Assembly: GCA_028289135.1 (NCBI GenBank)
Contig: JAQGGW010000007.1
Location: 2,300-66,299 of the forward strand
Reading direction: 5' to 3'
Length of the DNA: 64,000 bases
Source of the DNA: Candidatus Saccharimonadota bacterium
GTDB lineage: Bacteria > Patescibacteriota > Saccharimonadia > Saccharimonadales > JACDBH01
Of the stretch, positions 1 to 10,009 are shown one piece after another. Below the pieces are notes generated by a model that ran no database searches, was not told the DNA's origin, and saw only the letters and a program-made list of their open reading frames with translations. Numbering within the stretch: the first letter of the stretch is position 1; each line of letters opens with the position of its first letter. The position numbers and the translations under genes were made by a program.

Positions 1-201
1 AGCGGCAAGCCTAAAATTATCATTGCCGACGAACCGACCGGAAACTTGGACAGCGCCAAAGGCGAAGAGATTATGACGCTTCTAAAGGGTCTTAACAAAG
101 ACGGCATTACCCTGCTAATTATTACCCACGACATGAATGTTGCCCGCCAAGCAAAAAGGGTGGTTGAAATCCGTGATGGCAAGATAACGGAGCGCCGCTA
201 A
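1..201 (+). CDS. ABC transporter ATP-binding protein, LolD/MacB type (3' end only)
   Basis: Frame 1 reads ...IIIADEPTGNLDS...LLIITHD...; Walker B/D-loop and H-switch; TAA at 199-201. Confidence 0.9.
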   Translation, partial: SGKPKIIIADEPTGNLDSAKGEEIMTLLKGLNKDGITLLIITHDMNVARQAKRVVEIRDGKITERR

Positions 202-202
202 T

Positions 203-1624
203 ATGAAGCTTTTTGACTACATCCGATTGGCATTTAGAAATATCCGTAGGCAAAAACTCCGCAGCGCCCTAACAATTTTTGCCGTAGTTATTGGTGCTAC
301 CTCCGTAACTATCATGCTTTCACTCGTTACCGGAGCCAAAGGATTCTTTAAAAGCCAGGTGGAAAGCAGCGGCCTTTTGGAGCAGGTGGCCGTGTCGCCA
401 AAACAAGACATTACCGACTTTAACTCGGCCAACAACGGCGGCCAGTGTGATTCTTGTACCAAGCTAACAGATGCAATAGTCGAAAAGGTCAAAGCCGTAC
501 CGCACGTAATTGGCGTGGCCCGGCAGGTGCAGGACGGCAGTCTGGAAGCCATTACCTACAACGGCAAAAAGCTCAGCCTGCAGCGCACAACAGCCTACGA
601 CGCCAACGGTATTATTACCCGCAATATTTTGGCAGGCCGCGATTTGGCAGAAGCCGACAAAGACGGCGTGATTACCATAACCTCCGACTACGCTGACAAA
701 TTTGGATTTAAAGGAAACTACGCAGGGCTCATCGGCAAAGACGTAACTCTTTCGACGCGGGGTTTTTATAACGGGGTAGGGGCGGACATCCAGCCGCCGG
801 TGCAGTGCCAAGGGGCTTGCGACAACAATAACAATAACCCTGGGCAAAACCAAAAAGCCACCGTCTTTACGGCCAAAGTTGTGGGTATTACCGACACGAA
901 TGACAGCGACGCCACAGTACGGGTGCCGATCGACTGGGCGCGCGGATTCCAGACTATGCGGATGTATCAGCAGGATAAGGTTACGCAGGTAGATTGTTCC
1001 AAAGCCCGCGGGCCATGCAACCCGCCGCAGCCAACCTTTTCACTAGTTACGACTGACCAGCTGGCAATTAATGGTTACGCCAGCCTTATTGCCAAAGTAG
1101 ACAACAGCAAAAACGCGGCCGGCGTCTCAACCGAAATCAAAAAACTTGGTGTTGGAGCGGCAGACGCATCGGCTTCAATCAACCAGCAATTGACAGTATT
1201 TAACATCTTAGGATTAGTGCTGGGCGGCATCGGCGGCATCGCCATGGCGGTCGCGGCAATCGGCGTTGTTAACACCATGATTATGGCAATCTTGGAGCGG
1301 ACCCGTGAGATTGGTGTCATGCGCGCCGTTGGTGCCAAGCGCTCCACCGTGCGAAGCCTGTTTACCTTCGAAGCATCGATGCTTGGTTTCTGGGGCGGGG
1401 TATTTGGCGTTGCCATTGGCTTTGGCCTGACCCGTGTCGCTAACATTTTTGTGAATAAGCAGCTGGCATCACAGGGGCTAAAGGCCCACGACATTATTGG
1501 TCTGCCGGTGTGGCTTATTCTGGCCGTTGTCGGCATTTCTACCCTCATTGGTCTATTGGCTGGGCTTTACCCAGCATCACGCGCGGCCAAGCTTGACCCT
1601 GTTGAAGCGCTGCGATACGAATAA
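203..1624 (+). CDS. ABC transporter permease, MacB/FtsX family
   Basis: N-terminal RSALT TM, large extracellular domain, ERTREIG..RAVGA motif, C-terminal PASRAAKLDPVEALRYE. Confidence 0.92.
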   Translation: MKLFDYIRLAFRNIRRQKLRSALTIFAVVIGATSVTIMLSLVTGAKGFFKSQVESSGLLEQVAVSPKQDITDFNSANNGGQCDSCTKLTDAIVEKVKAVPHVIGVARQVQDGSLEAITYNGKKLSLQRTTAYDANGIITRNILAGRDLAEADKDGVITITSDYADKFGFKGNYAGLIGKDVTLSTRGFYNGVGADIQPPVQCQGACDNNNNNPGQNQKATVFTAKVVGITDTNDSDATVRVPIDWARGFQTMRMYQQDKVTQVDCSKARGPCNPPQPTFSLVTTDQLAINGYASLIAKVDNSKNAAGVSTEIKKLGVGAADASASINQQLTVFNILGLVLGGIGGIAMAVAAIGVVNTMIMAILERTREIGVMRAVGAKRSTVRSLFTFEASMLGFWGGVFGVAIGFGLTRVANIFVNKQLASQGLKAHDIIGLPVWLILAVVGISTLIGLLAGLYPASRAAKLDPVEALRYE

Positions 1625-1626
1625 AC

Positions 1627-1751
1627 CCAGATCTTATACATTGCACATCTTGGGCCAAAACCTGTGTCAAAAGTTCTCACTATATGTTAAATACGGCTCA
1701 AACTTTGTGCTCGGTTTTGACTCCAAGCTGCACTAATGTATGAAGATCTGG
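1627..1751. repeat. Long imperfect intergenic hairpin (~125 nt)
   Basis: Nested pairs ccagatctt/aagatctgg, atacatt/aatgtat, ttgg/ccaa, caaaacc/ggttttg. Confidence 0.65.
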
Positions 1752-1841
1752 CAGCCTCATTGCTTAGATAAAAGTAAATAATCGTAAGCTTGCAAAAATA
1801 GCAAATCTGTGCTATTGTTAAAGTGTTAAATAAACACAAAT

Positions 1842-2453
1842 ATGGCAAGAATTTTTACAGAAACACGGCGTGAAGCGCGCCAGGAAAAATCTATAAACAA
1901 GAAGCTCACTAAGCTAGCAACTTCGCATGGCTTGGAACTTTCGGACGACCGCTTAGCCCATTTAACAGATAATGCCAAGAGATTCCAAGACTTACAGTTG
2001 AGCGGCAGAGGCCGACGTGTTAGTTTTGTGCAAGATGGTATAGGCATTGACCCCCAAGTAAGCTTCAAAAGCTGGGAAAGGGTATCCGCTATCGATTTTG
2101 CTCCAACCATCGCTGAAGGAGTTAGGGCCACTAAACAGCAACGCGCCTTAACTACCGAGCTGTCGCTTGACGTATTGCACGCATTGCAGGATTATACACT
2201 GCTCGTTGATGGCGGCTATATAGAAAAACCCACCCGTCTTGCCAATTATACAAATAAAGATATGAGCAAAGTTGCTGAACGTGTTGGGTTTGTTCCTTTG
2301 CCGCAGGCACCTGGTTTTATTAGTGCCGACTATGACGCTATGCAAGCAGCGCTGTTTTCACCCGAAACTTTCCGCGTTGAAGCTATGTTAATGCAGCGCC
2401 AAGAACGGCTTCAGTCTGCACTTGGTAACACTGCAGCGATTGGACAGGGTTAA
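1842..2453 (+). CDS. Hypothetical protein
   Basis: 203-aa ORF preceded by TTGCAA..TGCTATTGT promoter-like sequence. Confidence 0.7.
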   Translation: MARIFTETRREARQEKSINKKLTKLATSHGLELSDDRLAHLTDNAKRFQDLQLSGRGRRVSFVQDGIGIDPQVSFKSWERVSAIDFAPTIAEGVRATKQQRALTTELSLDVLHALQDYTLLVDGGYIEKPTRLANYTNKDMSKVAERVGFVPLPQAPGFISADYDAMQAALFSPETFRVEAMLMQRQERLQSALGNTAAIGQG

Positions 2454-2457
2454 GATT

Positions 2458-2874
2458 ATGAGCCATACACATGAAGCACTTCGCTCACCAGTTGTAGAGA
2501 CTTTAGTTGAAGCTGCAATCCCTGAAAGCAGAGTGTATACAGTTGACGGCATTACCTTGCCAGATTTTGACCTTGACCTAGGTGTGTTATCACTTTTTAA
2601 AGACACACCTACTGATATTTTGGATGAGTTGTTTCAGGATGCTTATCCGGAGAATAAAAAAGATGCTCTTAATTCTGTTTCAGAGCAAGAACTAACTAAC
2701 CTTGCTGGGTTTGCTAACGAAAGTATTAGCGCAGATCATATTAAAAAAGCACAGCCAAACCAAACAGTATATATTGGTCCGCGCGCAATTCATCGCCGGC
2801 CAGCCCTTAAAGCAGGTGCTATGAGGCTTGGAATATTTTGTTTTATTGGCGTATCTGAATTAAACGATATCTAA
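2458..2874 (+). CDS. Hypothetical protein (weak resemblance to 2OG-Fe(II) oxygenase-like C-terminus)
   Basis: ATG 4 nt after the upstream stop; IHRRP...R motif; followed by terminator. Confidence 0.55.
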   Translation: MSHTHEALRSPVVETLVEAAIPESRVYTVDGITLPDFDLDLGVLSLFKDTPTDILDELFQDAYPENKKDALNSVSEQELTNLAGFANESISADHIKKAQPNQTVYIGPRAIHRRPALKAGAMRLGIFCFIGVSELNDI

Positions 2875-2905
2875 AAATCACCGGTTTTTGAGGGCCGGTG
2901 ATTTT
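2874..2905. terminator. Bidirectional intrinsic terminator
   Basis: aaaatcaccgg...ccggtgatttt between convergent genes. Confidence 0.8.
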
Positions 2906-2927
2906 ACTTTAAGGAATTTAGGGAGGG

Positions 2928-3464
2928 TTAGTTAGAAGTTGAGCTGGTGCTCGTCATGTCGGATGCTGGGGCTATGTCGCCGTCAGGTCCGCCGTGACCT
3001 CTATGACCGCCGCCATGAAGCATGTTGGCATATTCGGTTGGGATTTTGTTGTCGGATACCCATTTGTCGAATGCTGTTTTTTCGGCTTCTCTGGCGGCTT
3101 TGCGTTCGGCGGCTGTCATGGTGCTCATTTTGCCTCGATTGGCATCGCGTGTTGTTTGAAGCGACTTAAACTCAGCCACAATCGCATCGGATTGTGCCTG
3201 GGTGATTGTGCCCGCAGTTACGCCAGCTTTAAGCTTGGTTTGCAGCTTGGTAAGCCTTGAAGCTTCGTGGTCGGCACGGTTCTGGTCAAAGACCGCTTGG
3301 ACGTCCGCTTTTTTAAGGCCAAACTTGGCTGCAATTTTATCTACAATGCTGGTCTCGGTTGTGCCGGTGGTGCTGGTTGCAGCGTTTGCTACACCCACGC
3401 CCAATGCGCCAACGCCAATGGATGCCACCGTTGCGGCGACTAGTAATTTCTTTTTCATACTCAT
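2928..3464 (-). CDS. Secreted helical hypothetical protein
   Basis: Signal peptide (KKKLLVAATVASIGVGALGVGVANA), G.IT..Q.D.I motif, Gly/His-rich tail; AGGAG RBS. Confidence 0.8.
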   Translation of the reverse strand: MSMKKKLLVAATVASIGVGALGVGVANAATSTTGTTETSIVDKIAAKFGLKKADVQAVFDQNRADHEASRLTKLQTKLKAGVTAGTITQAQSDAIVAEFKSLQTTRDANRGKMSTMTAAERKAAREAEKTAFDKWVSDNKIPTEYANMLHGGGHRGHGGPDGDIAPASDMTSTSSTSN

Positions 3465-3570
3465 GCATATCTCCTATTTATAGTTTGTACCACGCTAGCT
3501 TGTGGTAATAGGGACTATATATTCTCAGGGTGAGAATCAGCTGAGGCGAATATAGGAGAAAATACTAGGT

Positions 3571-3963
3571 TTAAGCAGTGGCTGGAGCGGTATCTTCTTG
3601 GTTGTCGATTTCTTGGACGCCGCTACGGACAAAATGTGAGGCGTAGGAGATTAGTGTGTAAAACAAGTAGTAGGCGCTAAAAGTTGCACCGGTCGACATT
3701 TGTACCATGGTGTGCGAGTCTTTAAAAATGTTATTGAACGGCGAGACAAACGGATCGGTAAAAATGGTAATTCCGCGGGAGAGCGGGCCGCCAACAAACA
3801 GCAGCGCAAATATAATACGTAGCGCAAGCCCAATAAGAAGTGTCGCGCTGGCGAAGGCAAAGATGGTGTAGGCTCTTTCGGCAAGGTCGAAATGATTTAT
3901 TTTGGGAATATTGAGGGACAAGGACTTTAGGTCATTTTCTGTCGACTGGACTGTATGTGCCAT
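3571..3963 (-). CDS. YggT-like membrane protein
   Basis: LRIIFALL...ITIFTDPFVSPF..IF pattern typical of YggT-like proteins; AAGGAG RBS. Confidence 0.6.
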   Translation of the reverse strand: MAHTVQSTENDLKSLSLNIPKINHFDLAERAYTIFAFASATLLIGLALRIIFALLFVGGPLSRGITIFTDPFVSPFNNIFKDSHTMVQMSTGATFSAYYLFYTLISYASHFVRSGVQEIDNQEDTAPATA

Positions 3964-4102
3964 GGCGGGACTCCTTATGTGATGCGCATAAGTATTGCTT
4001 TAAACATAAAATTTTGCAGTAATCAAGCCCGCAGCTTGGCTGTAATAAAACCGACATTCTTATGTTTATGTATCTTGATTGATGGTTGTTAATGGCCTGG
4101 CT

Positions 4103-6940
4103 TTAGCGGTAGGCAGCTTGGAATTCTGGGCCGTTTTTAAAGCGGTAGTGCAGGTAGGCGAGGGCTAAGAGTCCAAAAAGCAGGCTCATTGCGACTGCGG
4201 AAAAAGCCATGGGGTGCGCGGCACTGACAGCGAGCAGGCCTTGTTTGGTGGAGCGTGCGGCGGCACTGAGGTTGGTGGTGGCTTCGCCCAGGACTTTGCC
4301 TGCTTTTGATTTTGTTTCGGGAGTTTGCTGCGGGGTCGTCTGTGGTTGCTGGGCCGTTTTTGACGCAGGGTTAACGTCTGTTAAAAGTGGATTATTTTGT
4401 GCGGTGTTTTCTGAAGGTTGGGTGCTGACGCCGGCAGTGATGTCGATGGCGGTTGGCTTTGGTGTGCCGCTGGCGGAGGTAGTGGTTGGGTTTTGGGGTA
4501 CAGGGTCTGGTGCCGGAGATGTGCTTGTTTGGCCGGAAGTTGTGGTTCCACTCGGAGTTGACGTGGCGGCAGGCGGCGGGCCGATGTTTGGGTCGCAGGC
4601 GTCGTCTTGGCCGTCTTTGTCAATGTCTTGGCCGCTGGCTGTAATCACTCCGCAGGCGGTTGGGTTGTCTGGATCCAAAACATCAACGGTTGTTGTGATA
4701 CTGACGGGTTGGTTGGTGACATCTTGGCCGTCGATTGTGACTGTTTGGGTGCCGGCCGTATCAGTTGGAATCTGGATGGTTATGTCACCATTATTGCCGG
4801 AAGTTATGCTGCCACTTGGGACTCCATTTGTGGTGATGGTGTAGGCTGTATTTGGCTGCAGGGCAAAGTCGTGGCCGCTAATTTTGGCGGTGGTTGGTTT
4901 GGCTTTGGCGACCGTTGGTTCGCTGGCTGTATTGGTTGCAATCCGCTTTATTGTGCGGCCGGTTTTTGGCACGTTTTTAAGTGCTGAATTTTCGTCGCTG
5001 ATGGGCGGCAGTGTGGCATTTGGGTTGTCTGGAATAATGCCTAGGTTGTTAGTTATATTTAGAATTTTTTGGGCGAGGAGGAACTGGCCGAAGGCGTTGG
5101 GGTGGAAACTTTCGTTGCCAATGACATGCATAATATCGCTGCCAGCCGTGAGGCCGTTCATGGCAATGCTGCCGGCAGTTGCTTCGCATAGGCGGTGGCC
5201 ATTGAAGGCGTCTTCGACGTCGGCGTAGTAGACTCCGGCTTGGGAGGCGGCGGTTTTTACCATGGCGTCGATGCGGCCGATGAGTTCTCCGGCAAAGGTT
5301 AGCTCGCTTTCGCTCATGTGGACGTTTGCGCCGCAGTTGCCGGTGCTCAGCGCAATTTGCGGGTAGCCAACTGCGTAAATCCGTGCACTATTTGGCGCGG
5401 CGGATTTGAGTTTTTTGTAAACATTTGTGAGCGTTGGAAGTTTGCTATCGACAGTTTTAAAAACTTCCAGCCGGTCTTCGTAGGTGGGGTAGCAGGTACC
5501 GGCATGGGCGCAGGATTTTACGAGCGGGCCAAAGTTTAGGTCGTTGCCGATGACGCTGAGGGTTATTAGTTGGGGCTGGTTTTCGGAGACGAATTTAATT
5601 TGTTTGCTGTAGCCTGGTAACCAGGCACCCAATCCATTCACCGCAGGCTGATATGTTGGCCTATACTGGTTATCTCGATCAGTTCTTATACCATCCTTAT
5701 CGATGCCGCTACCGCCACCCACGTTATATGTCATTGCTCCAGAACAAGCCACCGAATGGAAACTGTCAATGCTCAGCTTTTTAGCAATTAAGTATGGGTA
5801 AGAAAGGGTCGAAAGGTGGCATTTATTGTTATTGTCGTCTGTGCCAACTTCGTAACTCTGCGAGCCTTCGCCGGAGCTAAATGAATCACCCATACCAAGA
5901 TATTGCATGCCGGCAAGAGTTGTGCCGGGTGCTGCCAAGGCAAATTGGCCGGTTTTATAACTGCTGCTAATGTCGTATGAAGCATAAATCTTAAGCTGAT
6001 CGTTGGTTATAAAACGCATCTGTAAAATACTTCCCAGATCGCTGACTTTGCTTCTAAAATATGTGTCTAGATCTTGCGACTGGCAGTTAATTGGTTGGCC
6101 AATAACGCTTGGCACAGAGTCGCAGGTGCTGAGGTCAAAAATGCGAAAATAATGAAACGCTTTGGATGCTACAGCTACAAAACGCCCGTCGCCGCTTATG
6201 GCAATGCGTTCTGCCGAGCCAGTGCCGTCGCCATTTTCTAGCGAGACTTGAAAAGGCAGGACTTCCATGGTTTCTAGATTTATGCGCAAAATTCCGTGTC
6301 CAGGCGAATCGACTACAGCCCATTTGCCGTCGCTTGAGCCAACCATATTGTCTAGCAAAACCGGCAGCAAATTGCCGGCAGCATCGGTGATGGGGGTTTG
6401 GGTTACGGGCGTAACTTCGGCCCAGATTTTTCCATTCAGCGAACTGGTGTAGCGGATGGAACCCGTGAGTCGTGACAGCCAAACATAATTGCCAATGGCG
6501 GGTGCGCCGCTTTGGGTACTAACAAATACGTCGGAGCCGGGGAAGGCAAAAAACGGGTAAGGGCTGTGGTCAGGGTGGACGGTTTCGGCCACATACGGCG
6601 TACCCGGCACATCCATAAATCCATTATCCAAGACTTCGCCTGCAGTAGTGTCCAAAAAGCAGCCGCTAATCTGGCTTTCGCTATAAAGCAGCGGCGGGAT
6701 AATAGCGCCGTTTCGTTTTGTAAAGCTTAGGTTGCTGCAGTCGACGTTGCCGTGTTGGATAAAAGTGCTCGGCAACTGGTTGTCGGTTACGTTTGGATTT
6801 TGGGCCGCAAAAACCGGGTCGCCGATTGCAAACCAAGGTGATTGCGCAGGCGACGCCATGAGTTTGGCGGGCAAGGCAGAAAGGCCGCACAAAGCGGCCA
6901 AAAGCAGGATTCGTTGCAGGGTTGTTTTGCCACGCTTCAT
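4103..6940 (-). CDS. Cell-surface SGNH/GDSL hydrolase with N-terminal beta-rich domain and C-terminal membrane anchor
   Basis: GDSFSSGEG, ACSGA, GND, FHPN blocks; DIDKDGQDDACD Ca-binding-like motif; P/T/S linker; C-terminal TM. Confidence 0.85.
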   Translation of the reverse strand: MKRGKTTLQRILLLAALCGLSALPAKLMASPAQSPWFAIGDPVFAAQNPNVTDNQLPSTFIQHGNVDCSNLSFTKRNGAIIPPLLYSESQISGCFLDTTAGEVLDNGFMDVPGTPYVAETVHPDHSPYPFFAFPGSDVFVSTQSGAPAIGNYVWLSRLTGSIRYTSSLNGKIWAEVTPVTQTPITDAAGNLLPVLLDNMVGSSDGKWAVVDSPGHGILRINLETMEVLPFQVSLENGDGTGSAERIAISGDGRFVAVASKAFHYFRIFDLSTCDSVPSVIGQPINCQSQDLDTYFRSKVSDLGSILQMRFITNDQLKIYASYDISSSYKTGQFALAAPGTTLAGMQYLGMGDSFSSGEGSQSYEVGTDDNNNKCHLSTLSYPYLIAKKLSIDSFHSVACSGAMTYNVGGGSGIDKDGIRTDRDNQYRPTYQPAVNGLGAWLPGYSKQIKFVSENQPQLITLSVIGNDLNFGPLVKSCAHAGTCYPTYEDRLEVFKTVDSKLPTLTNVYKKLKSAAPNSARIYAVGYPQIALSTGNCGANVHMSESELTFAGELIGRIDAMVKTAASQAGVYYADVEDAFNGHRLCEATAGSIAMNGLTAGSDIMHVIGNESFHPNAFGQFLLAQKILNITNNLGIIPDNPNATLPPISDENSALKNVPKTGRTIKRIATNTASEPTVAKAKPTTAKISGHDFALQPNTAYTITTNGVPSGSITSGNNGDITIQIPTDTAGTQTVTIDGQDVTNQPVSITTTVDVLDPDNPTACGVITASGQDIDKDGQDDACDPNIGPPPAATSTPSGTTTSGQTSTSPAPDPVPQNPTTTSASGTPKPTAIDITAGVSTQPSENTAQNNPLLTDVNPASKTAQQPQTTPQQTPETKSKAGKVLGEATTNLSAAARSTKQGLLAVSAAHPMAFSAVAMSLLFGLLALAYLHYRFKNGPEFQAAYR

Positions 6941-7021
6941 ATCTGTAAAATCTTACGAATATTAAAGCATGCAAAACAGTATTACGCAATGTATATTTAA
7001 TTAGTAAAGCTTATGCTTTTA

Positions 7022-7540
7022 TTAATATATTGGGAAGCGAGACAAACTTCCGCAATACACGCCGGTGGAATAATCGTTCTGGGAATGATCACTATAGGAT
7101 ATGTTGCACGAGAGGTTTATGGATGTAAATTTAAAGTCTACGGAAAAATCATTTTTGCTATTAAAACTTTTATCGTTAATGTTGTCGGCGAAAATTGCTT
7201 TCTGAGACTTTAGTGATGTATACATTTTAACCAATACATCAGCCGATTCCTTGGCTGACTGGTTTGACGAGTAGACCAGGTTGACTGAGCATCCAAGTGA
7301 ACCGGTACTACTCTCAGGATTTGAGAATTGGCAGCCACGAGAAAAAGTGGTTTCAATGCCTTGGGCGCGCAAGTCGGCCGCTACTTTGTTAATGGCCACG
7401 GTGGCTTGGTCGTATTTGCGGCGTTCGATGTGGATGTAGCTGTATTTATAGACAAAAAAGCCCGCAATCAGCAGCAGGATGAGACTGCCGGCAATTTTTA
7501 ATCTCTTATAACCCTTTTTTGGTTTGGCAACTTGTTGCAT
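7022..7540 (-). CDS. Hypothetical membrane-anchored protein
   Basis: N-terminal TM, four Cys in the extracellular part. Confidence 0.7.
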   Translation of the reverse strand: MQQVAKPKKGYKRLKIAGSLILLLIAGFFVYKYSYIHIERRKYDQATVAINKVAADLRAQGIETTFSRGCQFSNPESSTGSLGCSVNLVYSSNQSAKESADVLVKMYTSLKSQKAIFADNINDKSFNSKNDFSVDFKFTSINLSCNISYSDHSQNDYSTGVYCGSLSRFPIY

Positions 7541-7580
7541 GTTGCATTTATATAAACATTAGCGCTTATGAAAGGCAAGA

Positions 7581-8174
7581 TTATTTCTGCGTTAGGTCGC
7601 AAGGCGGCTGCTGGGCGAGAACAGCAAGATCTGGAGCCGAAATATCGGCATAGACGAAGTTGGCGAATTGGGTGATGCCTGGTGCGCCTTTTATCTTCGC
7701 CCACTCGGTGGAGGTTTTATATGTTTCATTATGTTCTGGGTGGGAAGTAATTTCGCGGCCATTAGTTATGCAGATTACTTCTGCTACAACACCTGGTGCA
7801 TAGGCGCCATTGCAGGTTTTATCTATTTGTGAGGTGCTAACGCCTGGGTAGACTTGGGTGTCGGCGTCGTGAATTGGGTCAAGATCGTCAAAGGTTAGTT
7901 TTGGTCCGCCAGTGTATAAAGGAGCGGGGGATATTGGGCAGTAGCTAGTTGGGCTGTTGCTTGTGGCATATGCGGTGCCGGTGCTGTTATCCTCGCCTGT
8001 TGTAACGACACCACCATTGACATTTTCGGATACCCTAACTGAGTTATTAGCGGTGGTTGGCGGGGTGTCGGATAGGCTGCCTTTGCCTTCGGATGCGCAG
8101 CCTGTAAGTGCTGCAAATGCAATGCCGAGGGCGAGAAAAGGGTGCTTTGAACGGCGTGTGGTAAATTCTGACAT
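7581..8174 (-). CDS. Putative lipoprotein
   Basis: Lipobox LTGC after a hydrophobic stretch; AAGGAG RBS before ATG at 8174. Confidence 0.7.
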   Translation of the reverse strand: MSEFTTRRSKHPFLALGIAFAALTGCASEGKGSLSDTPPTTANNSVRVSENVNGGVVTTGEDNSTGTAYATSNSPTSYCPISPAPLYTGGPKLTFDDLDPIHDADTQVYPGVSTSQIDKTCNGAYAPGVVAEVICITNGREITSHPEHNETYKTSTEWAKIKGAPGITQFANFVYADISAPDLAVLAQQPPCDLTQK

Positions 8175-8390
8175 AAAAACTCCTTTAATATTCATTACCT
8201 TAACACTTTATTAAGGGGTTAGCGAATAAGCTATCTTACAGGAATTAGCACCTTACTTCGATAATCGAGCCCACAAACTGTGATATTTATCACACTTATG
8301 GGAAGGTAGTTGAATTTCTGTTCGTAAAGTTGTACAATATGTTTAGATACATACTTTACAATATGTTAAATACAGTATGTGGGAGCCAAC

Positions 8391-9947
8391 ATGAGCATAG
8401 AAGCAGTTCCAGCAGTAATACCCCAACAAGTCGGGCCAGATATTGATACACAAGATGCCCAAAACATAAGCAGAAACCCATTGCGCCGCTTGATAATGGC
8501 GGGCGCAGCATTACTTGCCAGTACAGCTGTAATTAATGAGACAGCTTACGCATCCGATGGGGTCGGCCAAGACGCGGCTATATCTACGTGCGCAAATGGT
8601 GAGAACCCGGCAGATTATATAAGCACTGGACAGAAGGTTCCCTGCAAGCGCCCGGGTGATACTTTGTGCCAACCATACGATCCAAACGTAAGATATGGAA
8701 TTCAAGATCCCAATGCTCCATATGATATTTATGGCCGTCAGGTTACGAAAGTGTTTTGGTATTGCGGTACAACTCCTCTTGCACCTGCACAAACACCTCC
8801 ACCAAAAGGTGAGCTTGTTATTCCACCCATTACATCGGTTGGAACTGCTTCTAAATTTGTAGCAATATCACCAGAGCGTATTTTTAATACCCGCGATGGA
8901 ACAGGAGAAAATGGAGTCGCAAAGCCCATTGCCGCAAATAGTTCTGTTGATATTGATATTCGTAACCAACCAGGTATTTCAAAAGACGCAACTGCTGTAG
9001 TGGTTAACCTAACAGCAATCGGCCAAGCAGCAGGTTATGTAACGGCTTATCCAACCGGCACACCAAGACCAAATGTATCAGCGCTTAATATAAACAACCC
9101 GGGCGACATTGTACCGAATTTGGTTACAGTTCCAATTGGGGCAAATGGCGATATTACTGTTTATAGCCAAAGTGGAACTGAACTTGTGGTTGACGCAGAA
9201 GGCAGCTATGTTCCTGCAGCGTCTGGATCGGCCGCAGGCAGGCTTATAGCTGGGTTAACCCCTGGGCGCGTGTATGACAGTCGTGACGCAAATGCCCAAA
9301 TGCATTTAGGCGAAACCAGGACGCTAGACGTAACAGGTGTAGCCGGGATTCCAAAAACTGGGGTTGGCGCAGTTGAGCTAAACATGACTGCCGTTGATGC
9401 TCAAGCTTCTGGCTTTATTACAGTTTGGCCCGACGGTATTGCACGGCCAGATACTTCTGTAGTGAACTTTGCCTCAGGAGCTAATAGCATTGCTGCAAAT
9501 CGTGTATTAGTCCCTGTTACAAATGGCAAGATAGATATATATGCTTCACAAGACATAAGTATAGTAATTGATGCTGTAGATGCATTTACAGATAATTCTG
9601 CAGTTGTGAGTACCTCAGGCTTATTCCAGGCAGTTACGCCTACAAGACTTCTAGATACCCGTTATGACCAAAACCGGCCTCAAGCAATGCAAGGCTATCT
9701 TGTTGATATTTCCAAAGCCGGACTAGATCCATCGAAATTTATAGGCATGGAAGGCAATTTGACGATAACTGGGCTAAACAACCAGATGACGTTTGGTACT
9801 GCCTATACGGAAGTAAACAATGGCCGGTCAACAGTTAATGGAATGTTAACCCGCGCAAATGGTTTTGCCGCACTGCTTAGAACTTCTGTTGCAGTAAACC
9901 GCCCCTCAGATATGATAGTTGATGTCAGCGGTCTGTATTCTAAGTAG
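8391..9947 (+). CDS. Secreted protein with three repeated beta-sandwich-like domains
   Basis: Repeats beginning SPERIFNTR / TPGRVYDSR / TPTRLLDTR with V.N.TA....G..T..P cores; GGGAG RBS before ATG 8391. Confidence 0.8.
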   Translation: MSIEAVPAVIPQQVGPDIDTQDAQNISRNPLRRLIMAGAALLASTAVINETAYASDGVGQDAAISTCANGENPADYISTGQKVPCKRPGDTLCQPYDPNVRYGIQDPNAPYDIYGRQVTKVFWYCGTTPLAPAQTPPPKGELVIPPITSVGTASKFVAISPERIFNTRDGTGENGVAKPIAANSSVDIDIRNQPGISKDATAVVVNLTAIGQAAGYVTAYPTGTPRPNVSALNINNPGDIVPNLVTVPIGANGDITVYSQSGTELVVDAEGSYVPAASGSAAGRLIAGLTPGRVYDSRDANAQMHLGETRTLDVTGVAGIPKTGVGAVELNMTAVDAQASGFITVWPDGIARPDTSVVNFASGANSIAANRVLVPVTNGKIDIYASQDISIVIDAVDAFTDNSAVVSTSGLFQAVTPTRLLDTRYDQNRPQAMQGYLVDISKAGLDPSKFIGMEGNLTITGLNNQMTFGTAYTEVNNGRSTVNGMLTRANGFAALLRTSVAVNRPSDMIVDVSGLYSK

Positions 9948-10009
9948 GTATTAAATTATTTTGGAAGGTTTACGGCCGCCTAGCATAAGAGGTATACTTA
10001 GCGGTAAGT

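Noticed and set aside
4209..5228. Long antisense ORFs inside the SGNH gene (and similar ones within pil, atp and 62075-62851)
   Set aside because: Shadow frames of well-supported genes; no independent signals or motifs.
8344..8371. dif-like site (…ATATGTTAAAT; also near 1682-1692)
   Set aside because: Only the XerD-like arm resembles dif and the XerC arm is poor; better explained as AT-rich promoter sequence.
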